Below are positions 10,177 to 22,809 of a stretch of 64,000 nucleotides of DNA, piece after piece. Position numbers and translations under genes: made by a program. The DNA comes from Escherichia coli (GTDB taxonomy: Bacteria; Pseudomonadota; Gammaproteobacteria; Enterobacterales; Enterobacteriaceae). The notes below the pieces were generated by a model. The model did not search any database, had not been told where the DNA came from, and worked only from the letters and a program-made list of their open reading frames with translations. The DNA lies in NCBI RefSeq assembly GCF_024502345.1, contig NZ_JALDNN010000001.1, one strand, 5' to 3'. The stretch's first letter is position 1. Each line of letters begins with the position of its first letter.

Positions 10177-10830
10177 ATGAATCAGACGCTACTTTCCTCT
10201 TTTGGTACGCCTTTCGAACGTGTTGAAAATGCACTGGCTGCGCTGCGTGAAGGACGCGGTGTAATGGTGCTTGATGATGAAGACCGTGAAAACGAAGGTG
10301 ATATGATCTTCCCGGCAGAAACCATGACCGTTGAGCAGATGGCGCTGACCATTCGCCACGGTAGCGGTATTGTTTGCCTGTGCATTACTGAAGATCGCCG
10401 TAAACAACTCGATCTGCCAATGATGGTAGAAAATAACACCAGCGCCTATGGCACCGGTTTTACCGTGACCATTGAAGCGGCTGAAGGTGTGACTACCGGT
10501 GTTTCTGCCGCTGACCGTATTACGACCGTTCGCGCAGCGATTGCCGATGGCGCAAAACCTTCTGATCTGAATCGCCCGGGCCACGTTTTCCCACTCCGCG
10601 CTCAGGCTGGTGGTGTACTGACGCGTGGCGGTCATACTGAAGCAACTATTGATCTAATGACGCTGGCAGGCTTTAAACCGGCTGGTGTGCTGTGTGAGCT
10701 GACTAATGACGATGGCACGATGGCGCGTGCACCAGAGTGCATTGAGTTTGCCAATAAACACAATATGGCACTCGTGACTATTGAAGACCTGGTGGCATAC
10801 CGTCAGGCACATGAGCGTAAAGCCAGCTGA
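10177..10830 (+). CDS. ribB: 3,4-dihydroxy-2-butanone 4-phosphate synthase, 217 aa
   Basis: 217-aa ORF; recognised sequence; follows FMN riboswitch. Confidence 0.93.
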   Translation: MNQTLLSSFGTPFERVENALAALREGRGVMVLDDEDRENEGDMIFPAETMTVEQMALTIRHGSGIVCLCITEDRRKQLDLPMMVENNTSAYGTGFTVTIEAAEGVTTGVSAADRITTVRAAIADGAKPSDLNRPGHVFPLRAQAGGVLTRGGHTEATIDLMTLAGFKPAGVLCELTNDDGTMARAPECIEFANKHNMALVTIEDLVAYRQAHERKAS

Positions 10831-10862
10831 AAACCGCTGCTTAATTTACTGCCTTAATCAAG

Positions 10863-10897
10863 AAACCGAAGTTGTAGCAGGCTTCGGTTTTTATTTT
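10863..10897 (+). terminator. ribB rho-independent terminator
   Basis: AACCGAAG...CTTCGGTT hairpin followed by TTTATTTTT. Confidence 0.6.
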
Positions 10898-11091
10898 TCC
10901 CTGCTATGCAAGATGTTAATTCCGCTTCTCTTTCTATGAGAAAATTTCATTAATATCAGGCATTCTTTTTCATTATGATCAAAATCATATAATTGTTCCG
11001 TTATTATGCGACCATATGAATATATCCGAAAAAGGATATGTGAAATTTATGCGCTAAATGTTTAGTATTGTTAAATATTAAGGGTAAAAGG

Positions 11092-11262
11092 ATGTTTATC
11101 GCCTGGTACTGGATTGTATTGATTGCTCTTGTTGTGGTGGGTTATTTCCTGCATTTGAAACGTTATTGTCGGGCGTTTCGCCAGGACAGAGACGCACTGC
11201 TTGAAGCGCGGAACAAATACTTAAACAGTACGAGAGAAGAGACAGCCGAAAAGGTAGAATAA
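11092..11262 (+). CDS. Small single-pass membrane protein, 56 aa (MFIAWYWIVLIALVVVGYFL...)
   Basis: Track ORF starts at TTG 11068; internal ATG 11092 has a better SD (AAGGGTAAAAGG); hydrophobic helix then basic/charged tail; strong terminator immediately downstream. Confidence 0.5.
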   Translation: MFIAWYWIVLIALVVVGYFLHLKRYCRAFRQDRDALLEARNKYLNSTREETAEKVE

Positions 11263-11282
11263 GGCTTTAGTGAAGCTAGCAG

Positions 11283-11313
11283 AAGTTGTCCATGCGCTGG
11301 ACAACTTCTGATG
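11283..11313. terminator. Bidirectional terminator between small ORF and zupT
   Basis: Perfect hairpin CAGAAGTTGTCCA-TGCGC-TGGACAACTTCTG. Confidence 0.6.
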
Positions 11314-11319
11314 TTGCTT

Positions 11320-12093
11320 TTAACCAATTCCCGCCGTTTGTAGCAGCACTAAACTGAATCCCATCACTGACATTCCACATAGTACGCCATAGCTGGGGTT
11401 ATTATTAGGGTCAATCTCTTTGGCGAGCGGCATTAATTCATCAACCGAGAGCGCCACCATAATTCCTGCAACCGCCGCCATGATTGCCGCCATGACCACC
11501 GGGGAAATCATGCTACCGAGGATTAACCACGCCAGCACACCACCAAGAATTTCTGCCAATCCAGAAATCCCCGCCCACAGAATTGCCGTGCGTTTAGAAC
11601 CCGTTGCTGCATAAACCGGGCCTGCAACCGCCAGACCTTCAGGAATATTGTGCAACGCGACGGCCAGTGCGATGCCAAATCCCAGCTCCAGGTTGCTGCT
11701 CGCCGTGACAAAGGTGGCAATCCCTTCCGGGAAGTTATGCAGACTGATGCCGAGAGTGAGCAGAATGGCTGTGCGCTTGATCGATTTTGGCAACGGCTGC
11801 ACCGATTTTTGCATTAAATCCTGCGGATGCGCATGTGGCAACATGCGGTCCAGGCCAAAATAGCCAAGCAGACCGAAGATAAACATTCCATAACCCAACA
11901 CAGGCGACATTCCTTCAGCTGCTAGTGCGGCAGGAAGCATTTCCATTAATGAGATGAGCAACATGATCCCCGCCGCAAATCCTAGCGAAAACGCCAGTAA
12001 GCGGTTCGAGGGTTTTTGCCCGAGAACGCCGAGAAACGCGCCAATAAACGTGGCTGCCCCCGCCAGTATGGTCAGAATGAGAGGTACTGACAT
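11320..12093 (-). CDS. zupT: Zinc transporter ZupT (ZIP family), 257 aa
   Basis: Track ORF 271 aa trimmed to [19 protein letters not shown]...; multi-TM ZIP protein. Confidence 0.9.
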
Positions 12094-12208
12094 CGACAAC
12101 TCCTTATAAATCTTCACCTTCAGGCAGATCGTCAAAATAACTGATGATCATCATCATTGTTATCCGGGTTCTTACTCCGCCGAACAAGCGTATTGTGAGG
12201 ATATCAAA

Positions 12209-13024
12209 ATGACACCTTTAGTTAAGGATATCATCATGTCTTCAACACGTATGCCAGCATTGTTTTTAGGTCACGGTAGTCCGATGAACGTGCTGGAAGA
12301 TAATTTGTATACCCGCAGCTGGCAGAAGTTGGGGATGACATTGCCACGCCCGCAAGCGATTGTGGTGGTTTCGGCTCATTGGTTTACCCGTGGAACAGGA
12401 GTGACCGCGATGGAGACGCCGCCCACGATTCATGACTTTGGTGGCTTCCCGCAGGTGCTGTACGATACGCATTATCCTGCTCCGGGTTCGCCTGCGCTGG
12501 CACAGCGTCTGGTTGAGCTGTTAGCGCCGGTCCCGGTGACGCTGGATAAAGAAGCCTGGGGCTTTGACCACGGTTCCTGGGGCGTGCTGATTAAGATGTA
12601 TCCTGACGCCGATATCCCGATGGTGCAGTTGAGTATCGATAGTAGCAAACCTGCCGCCTGGCATTTCGAAATGGGGCGAAAACTCGCGGCGCTGCGTGAT
12701 GAAGGAATAATGTTGGTCGCCAGCGGCAACGTGGTGCATAACCTGCGTACAGTGAAGTGGCACGGTGATAGTTCACCGTATCCGTGGGCGACGTCGTTTA
12801 ATGAGTATGTGAAAGCGAATCTGACGTGGCAAGGGCCAGTGGAACAACATCCTCTGGTGAATTACCTCGACCATGAAGGTGGCGCGTTATCGAACCCAAC
12901 GCCAGAGCACTATCTGCCGTTGTTGTATGTGTTAGGTGCGTGGGATGGGCAGGAGCCAATTACCATTCCGGTCGATGGTATAGAAATGGGCAGTTTAAGT
13001 ATGCTGTCGGTGCAGATAGGTTAA
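12209..13024 (+). CDS. ygiD: 4,5-DOPA dioxygenase extradiol-like protein (~262-271 aa)
   Basis: Recognised sequence; start may be 12209 or the internal Met at 12236. Confidence 0.85.
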   Translation: MTPLVKDIIMSSTRMPALFLGHGSPMNVLEDNLYTRSWQKLGMTLPRPQAIVVVSAHWFTRGTGVTAMETPPTIHDFGGFPQVLYDTHYPAPGSPALAQRLVELLAPVPVTLDKEAWGFDHGSWGVLIKMYPDADIPMVQLSIDSSKPAAWHFEMGRKLAALRDEGIMLVASGNVVHNLRTVKWHGDSSPYPWATSFNEYVKANLTWQGPVEQHPLVNYLDHEGGALSNPTPEHYLPLLYVLGAWDGQEPITIPVDGIEMGSLSMLSVQIG

Positions 13025-13029
13025 CAATT

Positions 13030-13053
13030 ACCGGATGGCGAATGCCATCCGGC
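13030..13053. terminator. Hairpin between convergent ygiD and ygiC
   Basis: CCGGATGGC-GAAT-GCCATCCGG. Confidence 0.55.
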
Positions 13054-13061
13054 ATCATTGA

Positions 13062-14222
13062 TTACTCAACAAAAATATGCGGATAAAACCGAGACATATC
13101 CTGGGTGATCAATGCACGGTCTTCACGAATGCCAATTCCGGCAGGTTGATCGTTCACCAGCCAGCTACCAATCAGCATATAGCTGTCGCCGAATTTCGGT
13201 AACGGGTGGAATTGCTGAACAATCATCCCTTCTTCGCCATACGGACCTTCCGCTGCTTCAATGGTTTTGCCGTTCTCAATGATCGACACGTTTGCGCCTT
13301 CACGGGAGAAGATCGGTTTAACCACATATTTTTCCATTTGCGGATGATCATCTTCCGCAAAATAAGCGGGCAGCAGGTTCGGGTGATTCGGGAACATCTC
13401 CCACAGTAGCGGTAGAAGTGCCTTGTTGGAGATAATGCTCTTCCACGCCGGTTCCAGCCAGCGTACGCCTGCATCCTCCAGCTTGGTGGAAAACATCTCA
13501 CGCAACATAAATTCCCACGGATACAGCTTGAACAGGTTGGAAATTACCTGATCCTGTAAATCCGTGAACTGACCTTTTTCACCTAACCCGATATCGTCAA
13601 TGTAGAGGAACTCGGTAGCGATTTCAGCTTCCGTCGCGCAGTCCTGCAAATACTGAATGGTTCCGCGATCTTCCACCGTGTCGCGACAGCAGGTGAGATG
13701 CAGCAACTGGAAGCCATACTGTTCACGCAGCTCAACGAAGCGATCGATCAGTTTTTCTTGCAGACTGTTAAACTGGTCGCTGCCCTCCGGCAAGTTACCG
13801 GCGTTAAGCTGATCTTCCAGCCAGATCCACTGAAAGAACGCCGCCTCGTATAGTGACGTTGGCGTATCGGCGTTATTTTCCAGAAGTTTAGGTTCGCCAG
13901 TGCCATCCCACGCCAGATCAAGACGCGAATAAAGCGATGGCTGGTGCGTCAGCCATGACTGGCGCACAAAACTCCAGGTGTGTTTTGGTATGCGGAATTT
14001 GGTCATCAGCTCATCGCTGGCGATCACTTTTTCCACCACTTTCAGGCACATCTGGTGCAGTTCGGCGGTGACTTCTTCCAGCTTTTCAACCTGGGCGAGG
14101 GTCAACTTGTAGTAAGCATCTTCACACCAGTACGGCTCGCCGTACATGGTGTGAAAATTGAAACCGTATTCGTGGGCTTTCTCACGCCAGTCCGGGCGCT
14201 CGGTAATACTGACTCTTTCCAT
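13062..14222 (-). CDS. ygiC: Glutathionylspermidine synthase-homolog (ATP-grasp) protein, 386 aa
   Basis: 386-aa ORF; recognised; paralogous to the Gss C-terminal synthetase domain also present in this window. Confidence 0.9.
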
Positions 14223-14227
14223 CGGTA

Positions 14228-14899
14228 TCAGCCACCCATTGAACGAGAAGAGGTACCGGTTGCGCTACGCTGCATAGTGCTTTGTTTGGCAACAGATTCA
14301 CCAAAACCGCCACGGGTAACGGTAGTGGTGGTCGCCGGTTTTGGTGCCATTGCCGTCTTCGGTACGGTCATGGTGCGGCCTGGCTGGGCTGCGCCATAGT
14401 TTTTACCCGTCGCGTCGGTATATTTACCGTAAGCCGGACTGGCTGGGTTTTTCGAGGAGAACAGCGGCTGCTGTGCAAATCCCGCGCCGCCGCCCATCAG
14501 ACGCCCCATCATGTAACCGGCCATCAGCGGCATCCAGAAACTCCCGCTGGATTGCTGAGCCTGCGCCTGGTTTTCTGGTGCCATGCCAGCCTGGGCTGGT
14601 GCTTGCTGGCACTGGCCTTCACCAAATTCAGCAACACAGTCTTCACGGGTGGCGTATTTCGGCGCAGTACGTTCGGCTTCTTTCAGCGCATTGTTGTACG
14701 CGGTGGTACATTCGGCGCTTTTGCCTGGGTTTGCAGCTGAACAGTCGTCAGCATTTTGATAGAGAGACACTGTTTCATCACTCTTTTCACAGCCAGCCAG
14801 CATAAAAACAGTGGCAACCGCGAGAGCGACTGGTGTCAGATGGCGTGCGCTCCAGTTTTTGCGGAACGATGCGTGGCGTATGGATTTTGTCCGTTTCAT
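14228..14899 (-). CDS. ygiB: DUF1190 family lipoprotein-like protein, 223 aa
   Basis: Track ORF trimmed to [10 protein letters not shown]... start; operon with ygiC. Confidence 0.85.
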
Positions 14900-15046
14900 T
14901 TTTGTCTTCCGGGACCAGTGGTAAATACCCATCAGAATAGAGGATGGCTGGTCGAAATTGAAGCGAGAAGGGGGAAGAATGCGGCAGATAACCCGTATCT
15001 TTACGTTGCCTTACGTTCAGACGGGGCCGAAGCCCCGTCGTCGTCA

Positions 15047-16528
15047 TCAGTTACGGAAAGGGTTATGACCGTTACTGGTGGTAGTGCGTGCGGATGTTTG
15101 CTGAACGACGGGGGCCGGGCTATCAGGCGCATAACCATCAGCAATAGCATTCTGTTCCGGCGTTTGCGGGGCAACGTTTTCCGGATTAGTGGAAACCGGT
15201 TTGCTCAGCGCATTGTTCAGTGCCAGCAGATCCTGCTCGTTCAACGTACCCAGGGCTGACTTAATATTCAGCTGATTAATCAGGTAGTTATAACGCGCAT
15301 TCGCCAGCTCTTGCTTGGCGTTGTACAGCGTGGTGGTCGCATCCAACACATCAACAATGGTACGCGTACCGACCGAGTAGCCCGCTTCCATCGCGTCTAA
15401 TGAGCTTTGAGCGGAAACTACGGCTTGTTTGTAGGCGTTAATACTACTGATAGAAGCATTAATGTTGTTGAAGGAGGAACGTACGGTTTGCACGACGCTA
15501 CGATGCGCGCTTTCCAGTTGCTCGCTGGCACCAACAAAGTTGTACTGTGCCTGTTTCACCTGCGAGTTAACCATTCCGCCCTGATAAATCGGCAGCGAGA
15601 AGCTCAGGCCAACTTTGTTCTGGCCCATATTGCTATCGTCATACTGGGTACCAGCGGCACCACGGGTTTTCGAACCGCTATAAGAGGTGTCAGAAATCCC
15701 GGTAGAAGCCGTTAAATCCAGAGTCGGTAAGTGACCATCCTGCGCCTGGCGAATTTGCTCGCGCGCCAGGTCCTGGCTCAAGCGTGCCTGTAACAGCGAC
15801 AGGTTGCGTTTTTCGGCTTCTTTCAGCAGCGCGTTAACCGGCTGTGGTTTGTCGGTTTTAAAGTTTTCGACATTCAGCGCCGCCAGTTCCGGATAGTAGT
15901 TACCGGTGATCTGGCGCAGCTGCTCTACCGCGTTATCAAGGTTATTACGTGCGGTCACTTCGTTCGCCAGCACGGTATCGTACTGCGCGCGGGCGTTCTG
16001 CACGTCGGTGATCGCTACCAGGCCCACGTTAAAACGTTGGGTGGTTTGATCTAATTGACGGTAGATCGCTTCTTTTTGCGCCTGTGTATAGGAAAGAACG
16101 TCAATAGCATTCAACACGTTGAAATAAGCGGTCGCGGTGTTGAGGATCAAGGTTTGCTGATCGGTCTGATACGTGACGTCCTGAATCCCTGCTGCTTTTT
16201 CCTGCAGCGTTAACGCACGCCATTTCGACATATCAAAAATGGATTGAGTTAACTGCAGGGACGCACTGGTCGCGTTAGAGTTGATGCCGTTCGCGTCGCG
16301 GTAGCCGTTGCTATAGGTGTAATCTGCACCTAAACCTAGCTGTGGCAGTAATGGACTGCGCGCTTCATTAATTTTTTCAAAGGCAGCATCACGATCGGCG
16401 GCAGACTTACGCAATTCCGGGTTACTAAGGCGTGCTTGCTGATAAACTTGCATCAGGTTCTCGGCCTGGCTCAACGAACTGAACCCAGAAAGGCTCAGGC
16501 CGATAAGAATGGGGAGCAATTTCTTCAT
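15047..16528 (-). CDS. tolC: Outer membrane efflux channel TolC, 493-aa precursor
   Basis: Recognised sequence incl. signal peptide MKKLLPILIGLSLSGFSSLSQA; track ORF trimmed by 13 codons. Confidence 0.95.
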   Translation of the reverse strand: MKKLLPILIGLSLSGFSSLSQAENLMQVYQQARLSNPELRKSAADRDAAFEKINEARSPLLPQLGLGADYTYSNGYRDANGINSNATSASLQLTQSIFDMSKWRALTLQEKAAGIQDVTYQTDQQTLILNTATAYFNVLNAIDVLSYTQAQKEAIYRQLDQTTQRFNVGLVAITDVQNARAQYDTVLANEVTARNNLDNAVEQLRQITGNYYPELAALNVENFKTDKPQPVNALLKEAEKRNLSLLQARLSQDLAREQIRQAQDGHLPTLDLTASTGISDTSYSGSKTRGAAGTQYDDSNMGQNKVGLSFSLPIYQGGMVNSQVKQAQYNFVGASEQLESAHRSVVQTVRSSFNNINASISSINAYKQAVVSAQSSLDAMEAGYSVGTRTIVDVLDATTTLYNAKQELANARYNYLINQLNIKSALGTLNEQDLLALNNALSKPVSTNPENVAPQTPEQNAIADGYAPDSPAPVVQQTSARTTTSNGHNPFRN

Positions 16529-16732
16529 TTGCATTCCTTGTGGTGAAGCAGTATTTAGCGCGATCAAACTGTAAAATTATTGCGGATTCTAGCAGAAGCC
16601 GCTACCGCAAAAGGTTGGCGTTACGTGCCATAGGGCGTTAATGTGCCTCAATTTAACACATGACTGCTCAAACGGCAGTCAAACGTCGCTGAAATTCACA
16701 TTTAATTCACTATTAGTGCCAGGACATTAACA

Positions 16733-17362
16733 ATGCTTAAGCCAGACAACCTGCCCGTTACATTTGGCAAAAACGATGTAGAAATTATTGCACGAGAAAC
16801 ACTTTATCGCGGCTTTTTTTCATTAGATCTTTATAGATTTCGTCATCGTCTATTCAACGGGCAAATGAGTCATGAGGTGCGGCGGGAAATTTTTGAGCGC
16901 GGTCACGCCGCAGTCTTGCTACCCTTTGACCCAGTGCGTGATGAAGTTGTGCTGATTGAGCAGATTCGGATTGCCGCATACGACACCAGTGAAACCCCCT
17001 GGCTACTGGAGATGGTTGCCGGGATGATTGAAGAGGGTGAAAGTGTGGAAGATGTTGCCCGTCGCGAAGCGATTGAAGAGGCGGGACTGATAGTCAAACG
17101 GACCAAACCGGTGTTAAGTTTCCTGGCAAGCCCAGGGGGCACCAGTGAGCGTTCGTCAATTATGGTGGGCGAAGTGGACGCCACGACCGCAAGCGGTATT
17201 CATGGTCTGGCTGATGAAAACGAAGATATTCGCGTTCATGTGGTAAGCCGGGAACAGGCATACCAGTGGGTAGAAGAGGGGAAAATCGACAACGCAGCGT
17301 CGGTCATCGCTTTGCAATGGCTGCAGCTGCATCATCAAGCGTTAAAAAATGAGTGGGCATAA
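16733..17362 (+). CDS. nudF: ADP-ribose pyrophosphatase (Nudix), 209 aa
   Basis: 209-aa ORF; Nudix box; divergent from tolC. Confidence 0.92.
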
Positions 17363-17785
17363 ATGAAGCGTTACACACCTGACTTTCCTGAAATGATGCG
17401 CCTGTGCGAGATGAACTTTTCACAATTGCGCCGTTTGTTACCGCGCAATGACGCACCCGGCGAAACTGTAAGCTATCAGGTGGCAAACGCACAATATCGG
17501 CTGACGATTGTGGAATCGACCCGATACACTACCCTGGTGACAATAGAACAGACTGCGCCCGCGATCAGTTACTGGAGCCTTCCGTCAATGACGGTGCGTC
17601 TGTATCATGACGCGATGGTGGCTGAAGTGTGTTCAAGCCAGCAGATTTTTCGCTTCAAAGCGCGGTATGATTATCCTAATAAAAAGTTGCATCAACGCGA
17701 CGAAAAGCATCAAATTAACCAGTTTTTAGCGGACTGGTTGCGATACTGTTTAGCACATGGAGCGATGGCGATTCCGGTTTACTAG
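17363..17785 (+). CDS. yqiB: DUF1249 protein, 140 aa
   Basis: Starts immediately after nudF stop (TAAATG); conserved operon nudF-yqiB-cpdA-yqiA. Confidence 0.88.
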
Positions 17786-17809
17786 CGTCGTGAAACCTAA
17801 GGACACCAT

Positions 17810-18637
17810 TTGGAAAGCCTGTTAACCCTTCCTCTGGCTGGTGAGGCCAGAGTCAGGATTTTACAAATTACCGATACTCACCTGTTTGCACAAAAGCACG
17901 AAGCCCTGTTAGGGGTAAACACCTGGGAAAGCTACCAGGCGGTGCTGGAGGCGATTCGTCCACACCAGCACGAATTCGACCTGATTGTCGCGACAGGTGA
18001 TTTAGCGCAGGATCAATCCTCTGCGGCCTATCAGCATTTCGCTGAAGGCATCGCAAGTTTTCGTGCGCCCTGCGTCTGGCTGCCGGGCAACCACGATTTC
18101 CAGCCCGCGATGTACAGCGCGTTACAGGATGCGGGTATCTCCCCGGCGAAGCGCGTGTTTATTGGTGAGCAATGGCAAATCCTGTTGCTGGATAGCCAGG
18201 TGTTTGGCGTGCCGCACGGTGAGCTGAGCGAGTTTCAGCTTGAGTGGCTGGAACGTAAACTGGCCGATGCGCCAGAGCGCCATACGTTGCTGCTGCTGCA
18301 TCATCATCCGCTACCTGCGGGTTGTAGTTGGCTTGATCAACACAGCCTGCGTAACGCGGGCGAACTGGATACCGTGCTGGCGAAGTTTCCGCACGTCAAA
18401 TACTTGCTGTGCGGTCATATTCATCAGGAGCTGGATCTCGACTGGAACGGTCGCCGCCTGCTGGCAACGCCGTCGACCTGTGTGCAGTTTAAGCCGCACT
18501 GTTCCAACTTTACGCTGGATACTATCGCGCCCGGCTGGCGTACTCTCGAGTTACATGCTGATGGCACGCTGACCACCGAGGTGCATCGCCTGGCGGACAC
18601 ACGTTTCCAACCTGATACCGCTTCAGAAGGCTACTGA
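17810..18637 (+). CDS. cpdA: 3',5'-cyclic AMP phosphodiesterase, 275 aa
   Basis: 275-aa ORF (track start codon is TTG); metallophosphatase motifs (GDL..D, GNHD, GH.H). Confidence 0.9.
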   Translation: MESLLTLPLAGEARVRILQITDTHLFAQKHEALLGVNTWESYQAVLEAIRPHQHEFDLIVATGDLAQDQSSAAYQHFAEGIASFRAPCVWLPGNHDFQPAMYSALQDAGISPAKRVFIGEQWQILLLDSQVFGVPHGELSEFQLEWLERKLADAPERHTLLLLHHHPLPAGCSWLDQHSLRNAGELDTVLAKFPHVKYLLCGHIHQELDLDWNGRRLLATPSTCVQFKPHCSNFTLDTIAPGWRTLELHADGTLTTEVHRLADTRFQPDTASEGY

Positions 18638-19218
18638 TGTCTACGCTTCTTTATTTACACGGTTTCAACAGCTCGCCGCGCTCTGCAAAAGCGAGCTTGT
18701 TAAAAAACTGGCTGGCGGAACATCACCCTGACGTTGAGATGATCATTCCGCAGTTGCCGCCGTATCCTTCCGACGCGGCAGAGCTGCTGGAATCCATTGT
18801 CCTGGAACATGGCGGCGATTCGCTGGGTATTGTCGGTTCGTCACTGGGGGGATATTACGCCACCTGGTTGTCACAATGTTTTATGCTGCCCGCAGTGGTG
18901 GTAAACCCGGCGGTGCGCCCGTTTGAACTGCTGACGGACTATCTCGGTCAGAACGAGAACCCCTACACCGGGCAGCAATATGTGCTAGAGTCACGCCATA
19001 TTTACGATCTCAAAGTCATGCAGATTGACCCGCTGGAAGCGCCGGATTTGATCTGGCTGCTGCAACAGACGGGAGATGAAGTGCTGGATTACCGCCAGGC
19101 GGTGGCGTACTACGCTTCCTGCCGCCAGACTGTCATAGAAGGCGGCAACCACGCATTCACGGGCTTCGAAGATTATTTCAACCCGATCGTCGATTTTCTT
19201 GGTCTGCACCATCTCTGA
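18637..19218 (+). CDS. yqiA: Esterase YqiA, 193 aa
   Basis: ATG overlaps cpdA stop (TGATG); recognised. Confidence 0.9.
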   Translation: MSTLLYLHGFNSSPRSAKASLLKNWLAEHHPDVEMIIPQLPPYPSDAAELLESIVLEHGGDSLGIVGSSLGGYYATWLSQCFMLPAVVVNPAVRPFELLTDYLGQNENPYTGQQYVLESRHIYDLKVMQIDPLEAPDLIWLLQQTGDEVLDYRQAVAYYASCRQTVIEGGNHAFTGFEDYFNPIVDFLGLHHL

Positions 19219-19243
19219 CGATCAACTCGAATTGCTAACTTAA

Positions 19244-21139
<1,896 letters not shown>

Positions 21140-21186
21140 AGTAAAGAACATTGCCCGGTCAGGATGGCCGGGCAAACAAGGCAGGT

Positions 21187-21501
21187 TTAAATCCCAGGTT
21201 GCAGGATGCGGATATTCATCTCCAGCACGTCGCCTTTTACGGCTTCGCTGTACGCCTTCATGTGCGGGGTTTGCAGATGCGCTTCAAGATGCGCGATGCT
21301 TTCCCACTGCTCAATCATCACGATAGAATCCGGTGCCATAGACTGGAAACTCACGCCAGCAGCGCAATCCACCATTGGCGCATAGCCGTGGCAACCTTCT
21401 TCTTTCAGTACGGTTGGAACGATTTTAGCAAACTGATCCAATACCGCCTGACGGTGATGTTGACCAGGACGAGTACGGATTTCTGCGATTACGGTAAGCA
21501 T
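21187..21501 (-). CDS. ygiN: Quinol monooxygenase (ABM domain), 104 aa
   Basis: 104-aa ORF adjacent to mdaB; recognised. Confidence 0.9.
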   Translation of the reverse strand: MLTVIAEIRTRPGQHHRQAVLDQFAKIVPTVLKEEGCHGYAPMVDCAAGVSFQSMAPDSIVMIEQWESIAHLEAHLQTPHMKAYSEAVKGDVLEMNIRILQPGI

Positions 21502-21531
21502 GGTTAACTCCTTCTAAAGCCTGAGCTCTAG

Positions 21532-22113
21532 TTAACCAAAAATTTCCACAAGATGCTTGCGATATTCTTCAGTATAGCGGGGAACATCAGGCATTTTTAT
21601 CACGTCATTAGCGATAAATGTCGGCAGCGGTTCCATGCCAAGGAATTGGTTTGCTTTATGGAACGGCAGATACACACCGTCGACGCCAACGCCGTGGAAG
21701 AATTGATCTTTTTCGGTGAAGGCTTCCATTGGTGCGTTCCAGGTCAGAGAAAGCATATATTTTTTGCCCTGTACCAGGCCGCCGGAACCGTATTTTTTTG
21801 ACGGATCTTTGCGGGTACGGCCATCGCTGGCATACAGCGTTCCATGACCTTCGGTGAATACATCATCAATATATTTTTTCACTGTCCACGGCGCGCCCAT
21901 CCACCAGCCTGGCATCTGCCAGATCACCACATCAGCCCAGAGAAAGTTTTGTACTTCCGCTTTGACATCGTAGTCGCTGTCGGCGCGAACGATGCGGACA
22001 TCATGCCCGAGGTCGCGCAGTGTGCCATCCGCGACTTCGGTCAGGGTGTCGTTCAGTTGACCATTGGAGTGGGCGAATTTTTTCGCGCCGTTGATAATCA
22101 GGATGTTGCTCAT
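21532..22113 (-). CDS. mdaB: NADPH:quinone oxidoreductase MdaB, 193 aa
   Basis: 193-aa ORF; recognised. Confidence 0.92.
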   Translation of the reverse strand: MSNILIINGAKKFAHSNGQLNDTLTEVADGTLRDLGHDVRIVRADSDYDVKAEVQNFLWADVVIWQMPGWWMGAPWTVKKYIDDVFTEGHGTLYASDGRTRKDPSKKYGSGGLVQGKKYMLSLTWNAPMEAFTEKDQFFHGVGVDGVYLPFHKANQFLGMEPLPTFIANDVIKMPDVPRYTEEYRKHLVEIFG

Positions 22114-22431
22114 TTTTTAACCTCAAGGTGAGACGTTTGCCGACTATAGTACGTCACAGAGCGGTACGGTGAAATTAGCAAAATGTGCAAAGTCTTTTGC
22201 GAATTTAGCAAAAGTCTGATCTTGCTCTGACTCACCGATGCAGGATAAATATTTTCTGAAAATGACAATACTGATAGCCATTCCTCATAATTCTTACTCG
22301 CACCGGAATAATTTACACGTTTGGTTCGGTTTTTTTTGGGATTGAAAATATGGCTTTGAATAAGTAAAAGATGAAAATATCAACGTGTCATGTTGATAAT
22401 TATAAATGGATTTTTATGAGCGTACTGATAT

Positions 22432-22764
22432 ATGTTAAAGCATAAAATTCAAACAATATTTGAAGCTCTGTTATACATAATGCTTACTTATTGGTTAATA
22501 GATGCTTTTTTTGCTTTCAATAAGTATGACTGGATGCTTGAGTCGGGAGACAATATTTGCAGTATACCTTCCGTTTCAGGCGAAGATCGTATATTGCAAG
22601 CAATGATTGCAGCATTTTTTCTTCTTACGCCACTTATTATTCTTATCTTAAGAAAACTCTTTATGCGGGAAATGTTCGAGTTTTGGGTATATGTATTCTC
22701 GCTCGGTATTTGTCTGGTTTGTGGTTGGTGGCTTTTTTGGGGACGGTTTATATTTTGCTATTAG
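22432..22764 (+). CDS. ygiZ: Inner membrane protein YgiZ, 110 aa
   Basis: 110-aa hydrophobic ORF, AT-rich; conserved position between mdaB and qseC. Confidence 0.8.
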   Translation: MLKHKIQTIFEALLYIMLTYWLIDAFFAFNKYDWMLESGDNICSIPSVSGEDRILQAMIAAFFLLTPLIILILRKLFMREMFEFWVYVFSLGICLVCGWWLFWGRFIFCY

Positions 22765-22809
22765 TAAAATCTATGAGAGTCGTTTTAACGGCTCTCATAG
22801 ACAGAGAAG

